From Shigella phage Henu12, in the sequence record OQ834936: DNA of 64,000 nt, one strand, 5' to 3'. The notes under the pieces were generated by a model. It saw only the letters and a program-made list of their open reading frames with translations, was not told the origin of the DNA and did not search any database. Below are positions 27,059-36,710 of this stretch, in pieces (position 1 is the first letter of the stretch; each line of letters starts with the position of its first letter). The translations under genes and the position numbers were made by a program.

Positions 27059-27196
27059 TTAAGCAGATTTCTTAGCTGCTTTACGAGCCGTCTTACCTGT
27101 ACGAACTCGCTTCTGTACATAGTGTTCAGCAGATTTACCAGCAGTTGCTTTCATGGAATCGCCAAATACTTTCTCGAATGCTTTAGAATGTTTCAT
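27059..27196 (-). CDS. small basic protein (45 aa, MKHSKAFEKVFGDSMKATAGKSAEHYVQKRVRTGKTARKAAKKSA)
   Basis: Hand translation; GGAGAG RBS; ATGA overlap with the upstream stop at 27193. Confidence 0.4.
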   Translation of the reverse strand: MKHSKAFEKVFGDSMKATAGKSAEHYVQKRVRTGKTARKAAKKSA

Positions 27197-27474
27197 GAAT
27201 CTCTCCGATATATTTCATATTCAAAATGTTTATTAGTCAAGGTAAAGGTGTAAACTGTAGATAACCCATCAATCGCTAATGCAAATTGCTCAACATTATC
27301 TTTTGATAAGTGTTCAAACTTTACTTCATGTCCCTTGTTGATGAGTACTTTACCGAACTGCTCTATCTTAGTCAAGCACTCTTTTACAAATTTTTCTCTG
27401 CTTTTTTCTGAATAGAAGGGTTCAAAACCCTCCTTCAGATAACTATCAATCAGTTTCGAACGGACAGTCATCAT
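27193..27474 (-). CDS. hypothetical protein (93 aa)
   Basis: ORF track. Confidence 0.5.
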   Translation of the reverse strand: MMTVRSKLIDSYLKEGFEPFYSEKSREKFVKECLTKIEQFGKVLINKGHEVKFEHLSKDNVEQFALAIDGLSTVYTFTLTNKHFEYEIYRRDS

Positions 27475-29437
27475 TATCCTCGTTAATCACAGGTGGAATG
27501 GTGGAACTTTCACGTTGTTCTTGTGTGTAAATCTCTCCAGATTCACGGTCAAAATCAACATCTTCATAGTGTGGCATAGAGTCATCGTAATGGTCTTCAG
27601 CCTCACCAATACCAAACTGCTGACGAATATTCTCTGCTGCACCATCAATATCAACACCACATCCAGCAGCCTTTACAAGACGACCTGTATCTGGATTATA
27701 CCAAGTGTGACCAGCAATACCAGTTGACTTACCATGACGGCGACATTTTGTTAGCTTGATTTTTGTCAAGTTCTTTTTAACAGGGTCTGGGTCAACCTTG
27801 TTACGCATAAGCAAAATGTTGTTCATGGAAATCTGGAAGTATGCACCAGAACCCTTGATATCTTCTTCAGAAATATCACCACCTTCAGAGTTGGCCTTTT
27901 GACCACCTGCACTCTTACGAACGTGACATACGTTTACCTGAGCATACTGATAACGCTTACAGCGACGAAGTAACTCAGACAGAACTTCTTCTTCATCTGT
28001 ATCAGAGCGTGACAGTGCCAATGTAATAGGGTCAAGGATGATAATCTTACAATCGAGACTGTTAACCAGATAGTCAACAAACTCCAGCAGGTTATCTTGG
28101 TCAATTGCCCCTTGGTGGTCTACGATGTGAATACGACGACCTTTTGACAACTCAGCATGTGCAACCTTAATCTCATCCCAATTACGCTCATCGTAAGGAA
28201 TCTCTGAAATCTGCTTACTAAGATGGATTGCACAGAGCATTTCCATAAGTTCTTCGTAAGTATCTTCTACAGGAATTACACCGATGTTGTACTCAGTATC
28301 TTTCCATGCTTTGTAAATCATCTCACGAGTATATGCAGATTTACCTACAGATGAAGGTGCAGCAAGGGTTGTAATCTCACCTAAACCATACCCGCCATAA
28401 GTCAGCTTATTCAAATCCCCGAAAGAATCTGGGAAAGGAATTAAAGGAATCTGACCACGATTCTTCATAGCATCGAAACCATCTGCAAAGTTCTTGATAC
28501 CAGCAGGGCAGTAACGAGGTGCATTGTAGATTCGTTGTTTAAATCCTTCTAAGACTGTATCTTTGTCTTTGAAGAACTTAGTCCACCACTCACTAAGGTC
28601 TTTAATACCTTCAGGATACTGGAATAGTCTTACTTTCTCAATAGGTAAGATACCAGCAGCTTCCTTAGTTGCTTTAGCCCCTGCTTCATCATTATCAAAG
28701 CATAGGTAAATCTCATCAAAGGAAGTAATATACTGATAGTTCTCTTTGATAGACTTAACATTAGCACCAGATGGTACAGAAACGTGGCAGTAATTCTTAC
28801 GTCTAGACTTATCTTTAATTGCTAAAGAAGTCATGTAGATTGCTGTAGCACATTCCATCTCACCTTCCCAGATGAAAAGACGGTTACCACCTTCTGGAGC
28901 AATCCATGAACCGAACATAGCCAGTTCACCTTTAATATCTCCGACACCACCAGAAAAGTCTTTCAACTTCCCACGTAAGTGCTCTTTGTGATAGTCATCT
29001 GGATATTTGTGACGAACACGATAACCTACATGTTGCAACTTACCATCTTCATCCTTTTTGTATGTTGGATAGAAATGTGCATCAATATCACCGTTATCAT
29101 CAATATCAACTTTAATACCGAGACGCTCAAGGACTTTTGCAGGAATCTTCCTATCTTTTAAATCCATTGCTTCTAGGTTTTCTTTCACATCATCCAAATC
29201 CATACCACGAAATGTACGGTTTTTATTCTCTGAACCTGAAGTATGAGTACTCACAATCTGCCCTTTATCAAAATCCCACTCTGGAAAACCTTTTCCACAA
29301 CTGAAACATGTCATTGAATATGAACCGTCATCATGACGATATATAGAACCTGCATCTGAAGATAAACATTGAGGGCGTGGACATGCACAGTGGCCTACAA
29401 ATGTTCCAGCATCTTTCAGTTTTCTCTGTTTAGCCAT
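27446..29437 (-). CDS. DNA primase-helicase (T7 gp4-like)
   Basis: N-terminal zinc-binding CxxC...CxxC; C-terminal Walker A (SSVGKSAYT) helicase domain. Confidence 0.85.
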   Translation of the reverse strand: MAKQRKLKDAGTFVGHCACPRPQCLSSDAGSIYRHDDGSYSMTCFSCGKGFPEWDFDKGQIVSTHTSGSENKNRTFRGMDLDDVKENLEAMDLKDRKIPAKVLERLGIKVDIDDNGDIDAHFYPTYKKDEDGKLQHVGYRVRHKYPDDYHKEHLRGKLKDFSGGVGDIKGELAMFGSWIAPEGGNRLFIWEGEMECATAIYMTSLAIKDKSRRKNYCHVSVPSGANVKSIKENYQYITSFDEIYLCFDNDEAGAKATKEAAGILPIEKVRLFQYPEGIKDLSEWWTKFFKDKDTVLEGFKQRIYNAPRYCPAGIKNFADGFDAMKNRGQIPLIPFPDSFGDLNKLTYGGYGLGEITTLAAPSSVGKSAYTREMIYKAWKDTEYNIGVIPVEDTYEELMEMLCAIHLSKQISEIPYDERNWDEIKVAHAELSKGRRIHIVDHQGAIDQDNLLEFVDYLVNSLDCKIIILDPITLALSRSDTDEEEVLSELLRRCKRYQYAQVNVCHVRKSAGGQKANSEGGDISEEDIKGSGAYFQISMNNILLMRNKVDPDPVKKNLTKIKLTKCRRHGKSTGIAGHTWYNPDTGRLVKAAGCGVDIDGAAENIRQQFGIGEAEDHYDDSMPHYEDVDFDRESGEIYTQEQRESSTIPPVINEDNDDCPFETD

Positions 29438-29630
29438 TCACACCTCTTCGTTGTAGTTCTGCCTTAAGACCGTTTTCAATCTTATCAAGCTCATGGATTT
29501 CTTCTGCAATCTCTTTCCTTCTTGAAGCGACCCTTTCAAGTCGCTCCATCATAACTTCTTTGGAAAGAGATGAGAGTTCCACTGTACGGTGGTCAATTAC
29601 TTTAAAGTTATTATCTCTCATCTTCAACAC
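29430..29630 (-). CDS. small coiled-coil protein (66 aa)
   Basis: ORF track. Confidence 0.4.
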   Translation of the reverse strand: MLKMRDNNFKVIDHRTVELSSLSKEVMMERLERVASRRKEIAEEIHELDKIENGLKAELQRRGVNG

Positions 29631-29633
29631 CTT

Positions 29634-30374
29634 TTATAGATTGATAATGGTTTTAAGTTTACTCTCTAACTCTTCCATCGTTCCGTTATTCTGGATAATA
29701 TCACGGGAGAAGTTAGTGGAGATACCTTTTTCAGAACTGTGTGACGCAACCTGAATAGCATTGTTTCTGGTCACCTCAATTATCTGACTATCATAACTCT
29801 GAAGAAACTCTGCTTCAAGGTCAAATCGTAAATCACATATTAGAGCAATACCTATATGAGACTTGTTATGACATTCTCCAAAGAATGATTCCATTCTCTC
29901 AGCAAGGTCTCTTATCCAGAACTTCTCACCTAACACTTTACGGACAACTTCACTACCCCATATCTGCTGGATTTGGCGTGATGAGAATATGTACTCTTCT
30001 TTTAAACCGAGCCTTGTTTTGAAAGTCGGTTTAGCCACCTTCTTAATTTCAGTGATAAGTTTATCTGCAATTTCACCACACAATTTATCATCACTGTGGA
30101 TACCTTTGTCTTTCATAATTTTGTAGAAAGCCCACTTAACTTTTTGTAATACTTCTGAGAATGTCAAGTCAAACTTTTTAGGAGTTTCCTTTGTTGCCCC
30201 ATACAGGTCTTGCCAATCCAAATCAAAGATGAATCCAGCAGTTGCTTTTAAGTTGTCTGCAAACGCAAAAACTTTAACAGTATAGCCAGAGTCAATCAAG
30301 AGGTTTTTCACAAGTGTGCATGATGTATCTTTTCCAGAGCGAGCCTTTCCAGTGAATGCAATTACTGATTTCAT
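29634..30374 (-). CDS. deoxynucleoside monophosphate kinase (T4 gene 1-like)
   Basis: P-loop AFTGKARSGKDT and C-terminal NNGTMEELESKLKTI resemble T4 dNMP kinase. Confidence 0.7.
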   Translation of the reverse strand: MKSVIAFTGKARSGKDTSCTLVKNLLIDSGYTVKVFAFADNLKATAGFIFDLDWQDLYGATKETPKKFDLTFSEVLQKVKWAFYKIMKDKGIHSDDKLCGEIADKLITEIKKVAKPTFKTRLGLKEEYIFSSRQIQQIWGSEVVRKVLGEKFWIRDLAERMESFFGECHNKSHIGIALICDLRFDLEAEFLQSYDSQIIEVTRNNAIQVASHSSEKGISTNFSRDIIQNNGTMEELESKLKTIINL

Positions 30375-30384
30375 TGTGTATCTC

Positions 30385-30418
30385 CATAATAAAAAGCCCC
30401 CAATTAAGGAGGCTTAAA
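30385..30418 (-). terminator. putative intrinsic terminator (AGCCUCC...GGGGGCU plus U-tract)
   Basis: 7-bp stem with one G-U pair, followed by UUUUAUUAU. Confidence 0.45.
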
Positions 30419-30430
30419 AGTTAATAACTG

Positions 30431-31225
30431 TTACTGCAAGCGAGCACCAGACAGTTCACGTTCAGCCATGCTGTCTAACTGTTCAACAAACTCATCACCA
30501 AAGTTGATTGCCAGCTTAGTACTCAGTACTGCTGCACCAGTTTGCGTGAAGACTTCGTTAAGTGCTTTTGAGTGAGCACCTTGAGAGATTTCTTCAACAA
30601 ACGCAGGGTCTGCTTCAAGCATCTTAGAAACCTCTAAGAGAGCATGGATACCCATAATGCTGAAGATTGCATTGAGCATTGAAGTTAATTGAACCTGAAC
30701 AGGATTCATTTCAATATCTTCACTAATCTCAACAAGACGCTTCATAGTCTCTTCAGTGAGAGTCAGAACTCGTTCAGAGATTTCTTCAAAGCCCCAATCC
30801 AGTTTTGCATAACGTGGAGCTTGGTCACTCATACGTTTTTCAAGTGAAGCCATTACAGATGCAACAGATGCACAGATACACTTCATGATTTCTGCATCAG
30901 ACATGTTATCAAGTTCTTTGATACCAGCTTCAGTCATCTGGATATAACCACCAGAATACATCTCTGCAAATACGTATGCAGCAAAGGCATCAACACCAAT
31001 TGCAATGGTTTTCAAAGCAACTGTCTGGTTACTCAGAAGATATTCAACCTCTTTACGGAAATCTTCGTCATTCTCTACAGCGTTTTTTACAACACGCAGA
31101 GATTCAGGGATAAATTTTCCTGACAGTGAGTTGCTACGCATAATGATAGCAAGAGTCTCAACAGTGTTCAGCATGAATGCTTCGTCAATACCTTTTTCTT
31201 CCAGAATCTCATTTACAGTTTTCAT
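30431..31225 (-). CDS. hypothetical protein (264 aa)
   Basis: ORF track. Confidence 0.5.
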   Translation of the reverse strand: MKTVNEILEEKGIDEAFMLNTVETLAIIMRSNSLSGKFIPESLRVVKNAVENDEDFRKEVEYLLSNQTVALKTIAIGVDAFAAYVFAEMYSGGYIQMTEAGIKELDNMSDAEIMKCICASVASVMASLEKRMSDQAPRYAKLDWGFEEISERVLTLTEETMKRLVEISEDIEMNPVQVQLTSMLNAIFSIMGIHALLEVSKMLEADPAFVEEISQGAHSKALNEVFTQTGAAVLSTKLAINFGDEFVEQLDSMAERELSGARLQ

Positions 31226-31649
31226 CTTTAATCTCTCTCATTTTGTTAATAGTAAGTCGTGATAATCTTAAGCTTTCTTGTGAAGAGAAGTCAAGTCCTT
31301 TTTCAGACCGTGGGAAGTAATTTCTGTCCCACGTATTCTCTGCATCCTGAAGCAGTTGGGATAGACTATCTAAGTCCGTTCCATTTTGCAACTTATTTTT
31401 TAAGGTATCTATCAAAAAGATTGTGTCTTTCGCTTTACGTCTTTCTGAAGATATCTCTTTCATGTGCTCAAATACAGAACACTTTAAACCTTCGTCGTAT
31501 CCACTTGATAGTTCTATCTCATGCTGAACATCAACCATTCGACGATGTTGATAAGCATACTCCTTCTGAGCCTCGATGTAAAGTGCTTCAACTCTTTCTA
31601 AAGCTTGGACAAGGTTATTGATATCTGGGTGAACGTACATCCTCTGCAT
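31209..31649 (-). CDS. hypothetical protein (146 aa)
   Basis: ORF track; first gene of the minus block after the divergent region. Confidence 0.5.
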   Translation of the reverse strand: MQRMYVHPDINNLVQALERVEALYIEAQKEYAYQHRRMVDVQHEIELSSGYDEGLKCSVFEHMKEISSERRKAKDTIFLIDTLKNKLQNGTDLDSLSQLLQDAENTWDRNYFPRSEKGLDFSSQESLRLSRLTINKMREIKDENCK

Positions 31650-31908
31650 GATTGCCTCTGTTAAGTATCTATAAAGATTTTAATCTCTTATCTTTATGTA
31701 TGTTATACATATAACTTTAAAGCTTTTTAAAAGCTATTAAAAATCTTTTAAGACTTTTAAAGAAACTGTATAGTTAATCTATAAAGGGAGTCTATTAAGA
31801 TAAAACCCACTTCGAAAAGACTAACACCTTGTCAAGTAGTTTGTCAACTTGCTTTTTGCAGAAAATTGCTGTAGGGTATTATCCAGAATGATTTGAGAGG
31901 GAGTAAAA
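31650..31908. promoter_or_regulatory. AT-rich divergent intergenic region with short repeats and two TTGTCAA copies
   Basis: Strand-switch point between the minus and plus blocks; near-palindrome AGCTTTTTAAAAGCT. Confidence 0.5.
31855..31882 (+). promoter_or_regulatory. candidate sigma70-like promoter TTTGCA-N16-TATTAT for the DNA polymerase gene
   Basis: Read on plus strand; followed by GAGGGAG RBS and ATG at 31909. Confidence 0.4.
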
Positions 31909-34608
31909 ATGGACAATGTAGATTTCGAAAAATTACATTTGGTTGGTGATACAGAAACTGATGGGTTGCTCCTTGAGTTTACAAAAGCACACGTAATGGC
32001 TTTCGCAGACTATAAAGATGACAGTGATGAACCTGCTGTGTGGGTTTTCACTGATGAGCCTATTCTTGGTCACAAGTATACAAAATACATCAAAGGTGGT
32101 CTGCGTGAAGGTGTTGAGTTTGCACTGAAAGCTAAACGTCTTTGTATCCACAATGGTCTTGGTTATGACTGGTGGGTGTTTAATCACATTGCACCTGACC
32201 TGTGGAACTTTGAGAATCCTAAGTGTAAGCCTTGGAGTGACTTCTTTCAGGATTCACTTATCCAATCTCGCGTACAGTGGATGGATAGACCTACACCAAA
32301 AGGTTACAAAGGTGCTCATGGTTTGGCTGCATGGGGTGCTCGTGTTGGTGTTCGTAAACCAGAGATTGAAGAGTGGGGTGTATGGAATGCAGAGATTCTT
32401 ACTCGTGTTGTAGAAGATATTAAGATTAACGCCAAAACTAAACGTGCTCTTGATAATGAGTACCTTAAGCTTAAGAAGTGTGGTGTTGACACTTATGAAA
32501 CCTATATGCGAGCTAAAGAAACATCTTTCTGGATGAGCCAGCAAGCTATCAACGGTTGGAAAGCTGATGTAGAACTTATGCAGTTCCATGTTAAAGAACT
32601 TGACAAGTTAACTAATGAGTTAGCTGCTGAGGTTGAGCCACACCTGCCACCAACTATCAAGACAAAAGGTAAGGTCACAGGTGAAGAGTTTGCTAAGTCT
32701 TGGAATGAGTATGTGGATACATTTGGTCACGTTGACGGCTTAAAAAGGATTACCAAGTACCCTAAGACAAAGTATCGTGAACAGATGCGTGAAGGTGAGT
32801 TGAAGCAATACCCTATCAAGCCATATGGAAAGCCAACTACAAAGATTTTTAACGTTGAGAAACGTAACTGCTACACACCAACTAATACGGTTACCAAAGA
32901 AGAGTACCCTGAAGGTTTCGTAGCAATGAAAGATGCTCGTGCAGTTTGTAATGAACTGAATGAGAAGATTGGGAAGAAGTGTAAAGATTGGAAACCAGTT
33001 AAGACTGTGAAGATTGTGAAGTACTATAATGTGCATGTTGTAAATCACTTCGAGTTGGAGTCAAGTCGCTACACTGGTTTGATTGATGCACCATTCACAC
33101 CAATTGAGTTTGAAGTTTCACGAATGACTCAGGTAGCTGTGGTGAAGGATTACTTAAAATCTGTTGGTTGGATTCCTGATGATTGGAACTACAAAAAAGA
33201 TTCTGATGGTCGTCCGGTTAAGGTTTGCAGATTCAAAGACAACAAAAAGATGATTCGCAAACATCCTAAGTGGGATGAGATGGTTGAGCGTTGTGGGTTG
33301 AACTATATTGAGCATGAAGGTGTCTATTACATCGAGCATAACTGGTCTGTTAAGAAGTACACAGATGTGCTTGAGCCTTGCTTGATTAGGACTTCACCAA
33401 AGCTTACAGAGTCTTCTTATGATACAATCGAAGGTGAGCTTGGACAGAAGATTGCGAAGTACTATACTTTGATGCACCGACGCAGGACTATTGAGAACTC
33501 AAAGGATGATGAGAAAGGTTGGCTGAACCAGATTCGTCCAGATGGTCGTTTGAGTGCAGGTGCAATGGTGTTTGGTACTTCTACTGGACGTATGACTCAG
33601 TATGGTATTGTAAACGTACCTTCTGGTGCTGCTGTTTACGGTGAGCCAATGAGGGCAGTGTGGATTTGTGAAGAGGGAACCAACGTAGTATCTGTTGATA
33701 TGAACTCTGCACAGCTTGTACTACTCTGTAACTTCATGGGTGATAAAGACTTCACCAAAGCGGTAACAGAGGGTAAAGAAGAGATTGAGTTTGTTCGTCA
33801 AGAGGATGGAAGATACTACTGCAAACACTTTGACCAGTATCTGAATCCAGAGATTGACAAGTATCTGCGTTATGACTCTGAAAACGATTTGTACGTAGTT
33901 TACTCAGGGACTGATGCTCACACTCTGAACAGTATCTACTTCAGCCTTAATGATGAGCAAGATATCTTGACTTGTCGTGCTACTCAGGATGAGAATCTTC
34001 TTCATGAGATTAGCAAGGGACGTAAGAAAGCTAAGAATGGTATCTATGCCCTGTTGTTCGGTGCAGGTGATGAGAAGTTTGCTAAAACAATTAAAGCAGC
34101 AACTACTCAGGAAGGTGCATTGACTAAGCAGACTTACTTTGTGCGCTTGCCGAAGATTAAGAAACTGTTAGACAACTTGGAAGCTGATTTCAAAGCAACT
34201 AAGAAAGCACTTGAAGAGGTGTTTGGTAAAACTGCTGCGATAGCTAAAGGTGGTTTTGTGAAGGTTGCTGGAGCTTGGCTGTGGTGTAAGTCTCCACACA
34301 AGCTGTTAAATTACCTTTTGATGGGTTCAGAAAGTCAAGTCCAGAATGAAGCAATTAACCTTGCATGTCGTCGTATGATTGATGAAGGTTTGATGAAGTT
34401 GAATGGTCGTAAACCAGCTATTGGCGCTCGCTTACTCTGTGCTTACCACGACGAAACAAGTTGGGAATGTCCAGAGCACATGACAGCAGATGTGAAAGCA
34501 GTAACTGACTGGTATTATGGTCAAGCATCTAAGAACCTTGGACTAAGGAAAGAAACCTTGGTAACAGGTACTGGTAAAGTTGGTAAGAGCTGGTATGAGG
34601 TACATTGA
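31909..34608 (+). CDS. DNA polymerase, family A (T7 gp5-like) with 3'-5' exonuclease domain
   Basis: DTETDG exo motif; HGLAAWGARVG, YALLFGAGDEK and HDE blocks resemble T7 DNA polymerase. Confidence 0.9.
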   Translation: MDNVDFEKLHLVGDTETDGLLLEFTKAHVMAFADYKDDSDEPAVWVFTDEPILGHKYTKYIKGGLREGVEFALKAKRLCIHNGLGYDWWVFNHIAPDLWNFENPKCKPWSDFFQDSLIQSRVQWMDRPTPKGYKGAHGLAAWGARVGVRKPEIEEWGVWNAEILTRVVEDIKINAKTKRALDNEYLKLKKCGVDTYETYMRAKETSFWMSQQAINGWKADVELMQFHVKELDKLTNELAAEVEPHLPPTIKTKGKVTGEEFAKSWNEYVDTFGHVDGLKRITKYPKTKYREQMREGELKQYPIKPYGKPTTKIFNVEKRNCYTPTNTVTKEEYPEGFVAMKDARAVCNELNEKIGKKCKDWKPVKTVKIVKYYNVHVVNHFELESSRYTGLIDAPFTPIEFEVSRMTQVAVVKDYLKSVGWIPDDWNYKKDSDGRPVKVCRFKDNKKMIRKHPKWDEMVERCGLNYIEHEGVYYIEHNWSVKKYTDVLEPCLIRTSPKLTESSYDTIEGELGQKIAKYYTLMHRRRTIENSKDDEKGWLNQIRPDGRLSAGAMVFGTSTGRMTQYGIVNVPSGAAVYGEPMRAVWICEEGTNVVSVDMNSAQLVLLCNFMGDKDFTKAVTEGKEEIEFVRQEDGRYYCKHFDQYLNPEIDKYLRYDSENDLYVVYSGTDAHTLNSIYFSLNDEQDILTCRATQDENLLHEISKGRKKAKNGIYALLFGAGDEKFAKTIKAATTQEGALTKQTYFVRLPKIKKLLDNLEADFKATKKALEEVFGKTAAIAKGGFVKVAGAWLWCKSPHKLLNYLLMGSESQVQNEAINLACRRMIDEGLMKLNGRKPAIGARLLCAYHDETSWECPEHMTADVKAVTDWYYGQASKNLGLRKETLVTGTGKVGKSWYEVH

Positions 34609-35120
34609 TGCGAGATTGTGGATTCACACATGAACAGTTAAAGTCTTGGTTAAACTATGACCCCGAAACAGGGGTCTTAACGTGGATTGGCAGGCCTCCA
34701 CATAGTAGTAGGGTGGTTATTGGGAGCCAAGCCGGAGCAATCAAGCGCACAAGGTCTGGTGTGTATATGCACACACAGATTTTAGGATACAGGACAGGCA
34801 ATCACCGAATTGCTTGGTTCTGGATGACAGGCAAGTGGCCTGATAAACACATTGACCACAAAGATGGAGATGGTTTGAATAACGCTTGGGACAATCTCAG
34901 GGAGGCCACAAAAGAACAGAACATGTCTAATAGGAGACAACCCAGAACATCAAAAAACTTAAAAGGTACAAGTAGAAGCAAGTCTGGTAAGTGGATAGCC
35001 CAGATTAACCATAATGGCAAGACTATACATATAGGTACATACACAACAGAAGAAGAAGCCCATAAAGCTTACTGTGAAGCTGCTATTAAACTCCACGGAG
35101 AGTTTGCAAAACTAAGTTGA
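34605..35120 (+). CDS. HNH homing endonuclease with AP2-like domain
   Basis: YDPETGVLTW, IDHKDGDGLNNAWDNLREATKEQN and AP2-like C-terminus; ATGA overlap with the polymerase stop. Confidence 0.7.
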   Translation: MMRDCGFTHEQLKSWLNYDPETGVLTWIGRPPHSSRVVIGSQAGAIKRTRSGVYMHTQILGYRTGNHRIAWFWMTGKWPDKHIDHKDGDGLNNAWDNLREATKEQNMSNRRQPRTSKNLKGTSRSKSGKWIAQINHNGKTIHIGTYTTEEEAHKAYCEAAIKLHGEFAKLS

Positions 35121-35171
35121 CAAGGTGCTCATGGAAGAGTACCTTATACTATATCTTGTATAGGAGGTTAC

Positions 35172-35390
35172 ATGACACTTTCAGACGTTATCCAACAACT
35201 TCAGGTAAGTGGTTACACTCAAGAGCAAATTGATGAGCTAAACATCATATCCATGCCAAACCGTTTTGTTAAAGCTTTTGGGTTAGAAGTTGTAAGGATG
35301 GCACATATACTCATTGTGGATGGTCTTCTTATCAAAGACAGAACTGGTGCTTTGAAAGGTAAGAGAATCGATATCACGGAGATATTATGA
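35172..35390 (+). CDS. hypothetical protein (72 aa)
   Basis: ORF track; AGGAGG RBS. Confidence 0.45.
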   Translation: MTLSDVIQQLQVSGYTQEQIDELNIISMPNRFVKAFGLEVVRMAHILIVDGLLIKDRTGALKGKRIDITEIL

Positions 35391-35596
35391 GTCACCGTGG
35401 TAGAACTCATCTTGCCATGATGCAAGGGGCTTCAAAAGAGACTATCAAGAATCGTAAGAAAACTCTTTTTGACAGAATGAATAGACTCATTGACAATGCA
35501 AGTCTACCTAACTCTGAAAAGGTTTTCTTGAAAGGGAATCTGAAGAGTATTGCACAGGAACTTATTGACATTGAATTTTGGAGACACCAAAAATGA
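35387..35596 (+). CDS. hypothetical protein (69 aa)
   Basis: ORF track. Confidence 0.45.
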   Translation: MSHRGRTHLAMMQGASKETIKNRKKTLFDRMNRLIDNASLPNSEKVFLKGNLKSIAQELIDIEFWRHQK

Positions 35597-35796
35597 CTTA
35601 TGAAGAAGCTATTGAAGCCATGAAGAGTGGTCACAAAGTACGTAATGAAAATTTCACATCTGATGAGTTCTTCGAAATGAAAGATGGGAAGATTGTCTGT
35701 GAAATGGGTTACCCAATGGCTACATGGTATAAGGGAGAACCTTGGCAGAAAACTGGATGGAGTATCTTTAATGAAATTTTACACCATTTGGGGTAG
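35578..35796 (+). CDS. hypothetical protein (72 aa)
   Basis: ORF track; preferred over the overlapping 35684-35914 frame. Confidence 0.4.
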   Translation: METPKMTYEEAIEAMKSGHKVRNENFTSDEFFEMKDGKIVCEMGYPMATWYKGEPWQKTGWSIFNEILHHLG

Positions 35797-35903
35797 AGTC
35801 GGTAAAGGTTATGACTGGATTCTCCTTAAAACAAATGTTAAAAGTAATGAGATAGTTTACTACAAAGTCTATTACCATAAAACTTTTAGAGAGGTAGAGT
35901 ATC

Positions 35904-36155
35904 GTGAGCAGTAGAGAAGAAGAAGCTTTAGCAATCTTCAAGAATGAAGATAAATCAATATCTTTTGTATCAGAGGCTTGGTGCAGGGGCTTAGGTTATG
36001 ATTGGTATCTCTTCTTATGTGCTAAGAAAGATGTTAAACCAGTTGATGAAACCCGATTCAAAGAACTGTATACTGTCTGCCAAGAGGGTTATGAAGAACA
36101 CTACGAAGGCTCTTTGAATCCTGTAAATTCAAAAGCTTCAGATTTATTTTATTGA
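35904..36155 (+). CDS. hypothetical protein (83 aa)
   Basis: ORF track. Confidence 0.45.
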   Translation: MSSREEEALAIFKNEDKSISFVSEAWCRGLGYDWYLFLCAKKDVKPVDETRFKELYTVCQEGYEEHYEGSLNPVNSKASDLFY

Positions 36156-36165
36156 GAGGTCTAAA

Positions 36166-36402
36166 ATGTTAAAATTATTGATACCAGCTTTAGTAGTTCT
36201 ACTAGTTGGGTGTAACCCTTCTTACGAGAATAAGGATGCTTCTTACAGACTTCCTCCAGAAATGCAAGACTGCAAGATTTATAAGCTTAATGGTGATGCA
36301 ACTAGCAGGGATGTTATTGTAGTTCGCTGTCCAAATTCTCAGACGACTACTTCTTACAAGTATGGAAAGAATAGTCAGTCACATACTACTGTTTTTGATT
36401 GA
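36166..36402 (+). CDS. putative lipoprotein (signal peptide ending LLVGC)
   Basis: Lipobox-like LVGC after a hydrophobic signal. Confidence 0.5.
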   Translation: MLKLLIPALVVLLVGCNPSYENKDASYRLPPEMQDCKIYKLNGDATSRDVIVVRCPNSQTTTSYKYGKNSQSHTTVFD

Positions 36403-36412
36403 GGATATTAAT

Positions 36413-36619
36413 ATGCAGGTTCTGGTAAATTTTATCTATAAGTATGAAAACATCTTCAGCACCATGACTGAAGGTCAACGCAATCCAGTTATCCCACGGG
36501 AAGGGGAGATTGTTGAGATTAATGACTGGAACCACAGAGTTGCAGAGGTCAAGCATAAACTTAAAGATGGTTATGACCACCAAGTTGTAAATGTGTATTT
36601 AGAAGGTAAGTGGCAATGA
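36413..36619 (+). CDS. hypothetical protein (68 aa)
   Basis: Start set at internal Met with GAGGA RBS (track start 36362). Confidence 0.4.
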   Translation: MQVLVNFIYKYENIFSTMTEGQRNPVIPREGEIVEINDWNHRVAEVKHKLKDGYDHQVVNVYLEGKWQ

Positions 36620-36710
36620 GCATCTTACATATCATCTCTGAAGATTTTGGAGGGTGCTCTTGGCACTCATTTTTCACAAAAGGTTGTCTAGCTTGTGAGG
36701 CACGTAAAAA

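Noticed and set aside
35684-35914. Track ORF overlapping 35578-35796 in another frame
   Set aside because: The upstream frame has the better coupled start; only the distal part (from about 35771) might be a separate small gene, which is unproven.
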